A DNA stretch of 64,000 nt from an uncultured Vampirovibrionales bacterium (GTDB taxonomy: Bacteria; Cyanobacteriota; Vampirovibrionia; Vampirovibrionales; Vampirovibrionaceae): the NCBI GenBank assembly GCA_964387265.1, contig CAYLWC010000006.1, positions 21,272-85,271 on the forward strand, written 5' to 3'. Below the pieces are notes generated by a model. It ran no database searches. It saw only the letters and a list, made by a program, of their open reading frames with translations, and was not told the DNA's origin. Numbering within the stretch: the stretch's first letter is position 1; each line of letters opens with the position of its first letter. Position numbers and translations under genes: made by a program. Below, piece after piece: positions 63,242-64,000 of this stretch.

Positions 63242-64000
63242 TTGGCCCCTGGCATACGCCTGGTTGGCGATAACGGCCAGTAAGGCGGCCAGGATCACAT
63301 AGGCAGCCAGTCCATATATAATCAGGTTGATGTGGACCTTATGATCCAGTAACCCGCCAATTAATACCGGAGCGATGGCCGTGAAAAAAACCATCAATGA
63401 CGATGTGGCTGCCCGAATAGCCCCCAGGTACCGAGTGCCATATACCTCAGACCAAAGGGTAATGCTTAATAAGGAGGCCACCCCCATGCTGATGCCAGCC
63501 CCTGCCATAAAGGCAAAGGCGACGCCGGGATGATTGGATGACCCCAACGCCATGAGCCCCAGGGCAAAGGGAATTAAAAAGAAAGGCAGCAGTCGGAATA
63601 CGCCCACCTTATCCACCATGACCCCGATAATCAGGTTGGCGGCGATCGTGCTGGCGGAAAAACAGATGAAGGCAGAGGCGAACATCTGGAGTGTCCAGCC
63701 TTTGGCTTCTACCATATGCACCTGATGGAAAAAGACCCCCGTAATGATAAAGGCGGGCGCCATCACGGCTGGCAGGATCAAATAAAATCGCGGGTCATGC
63801 AGGACTTCCTTCAAGCTCCACTGTCTTTGAGCTTGGGTGGTCATTTTTCTTTCAGGCACCGCCGAGCTGGCTTGAAACGCCTGCTGGGGTTGCCGGTTCA
63901 GTAAAAACAACAACACAGGGAGCAGCCCAAAGGCCACCACCACGGCAAAAAGTTCCCAGGCCAGACGCCAACCCAGCAAACTTAACAGCGCCACGGCGAT
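63221..64000 (-). CDS. MFS transporter, C-terminal half. The ORF continues past the window end.
   Basis: Six TM helices with MFS-like loops. The reading frame is open to position 64000 with no stop. 21-bp overlap with the 3' end of the convergent coiled-coil gene. Confidence 0.65.
   Translation of the reverse strand: MAVALLSLLGWRLAWELFAVVVAFGLLPVLLFLLNRQPQQAFQASSAVPERKMTTQAQRQWSLKEVLHDPRFYLILPAVMAPAFIITGVFFHQVHMVEAKGWTLQMFASAFICFSASTIAANLIIGVMVDKVGVFRLLPFFLIPFALGLMALGSSNHPGVAFAFMAGAGISMGVASLLSITLWSEVYGTRYLGAIRAATSSLMVFFTAIAPVLIGGLLDHKVHINLIIYGLAAYVILAALLAVIANQAYARGQSEQLNS

Noticed and set aside
1-64000. Search for CRISPR arrays, rRNA/tRNA genes, transposases, integrases and phage structural genes.
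   Set aside because: No regularly spaced direct repeats, no rRNA/tRNA-like sequences, and no ORF with DDE, tyrosine-recombinase or serine-recombinase motifs were found in any frame.

Overview
This window is a bacterial chromosomal segment of about 55% GC. It is densely packed with housekeeping and envelope genes. There are no rRNA or tRNA genes, no CRISPR array, and no recognisable transposase or integrase. The recognisable genes, in order, are: an edge-truncated CNNM/CorC-family transporter; a secreted CYTH-domain protein; a polysaccharide cluster (nucleotide-sugar dehydrogenase and two GT4 glycosyltransferases); guaA (long eukaryote-like form); a CoA-binding protein; a GNAT acetyltransferase; two Opp/Dpp-type ABC permeases; DAHP synthase; prs; a cNMP-binding protein; lgt; ispF; a Cof-type HAD hydrolase; a KamA-family radical SAM aminomutase; recJ (long form); apt; sdaAB/sdaAA; engB; fabI; a flagellar stator/switch operon motA-motB-fliL-fliM-fliY; an XRE regulator; panD; an acyl-CoA dehydrogenase; proline dehydrogenase; murJ; a bioD-like protein; a CCA/poly(A) polymerase-family nucleotidyltransferase; ubiX; a TPR protein; nth; flgM; an SLC13 transporter with TrkA-C domains; a quinol-type nitric-oxide reductase (qNOR); a parvulin; YaiI; and an edge-truncated MFS transporter. 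Most of the window is an ordinary core region. Five loci stand out. (1) A structured intergenic element of about 165 bp occurs twice, at about 23.9 kb and 58.0 kb, and compensatory base changes preserve three helices across the two copies. (2) A single low-GC (~33%) gene, clearly horizontally acquired, encodes a 3-TM plus coiled-coil protein and sits directly upstream of the second repeat copy. (3) A small ORF is paralogous to the N-terminal domain of its larger neighbour, adjacent to a Pro/Gly/Gln-rich low-complexity protein. (4) One gene encodes a zinc-ribbon, RGG-rich, tandem-repeat, Lys/Ala-tailed protein. (5) Several unusually long AT-rich intergenic regions exist, one containing an orphan intrinsic terminator. 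No complete multi-gene defense or mobile system could be supported from the sequence alone.
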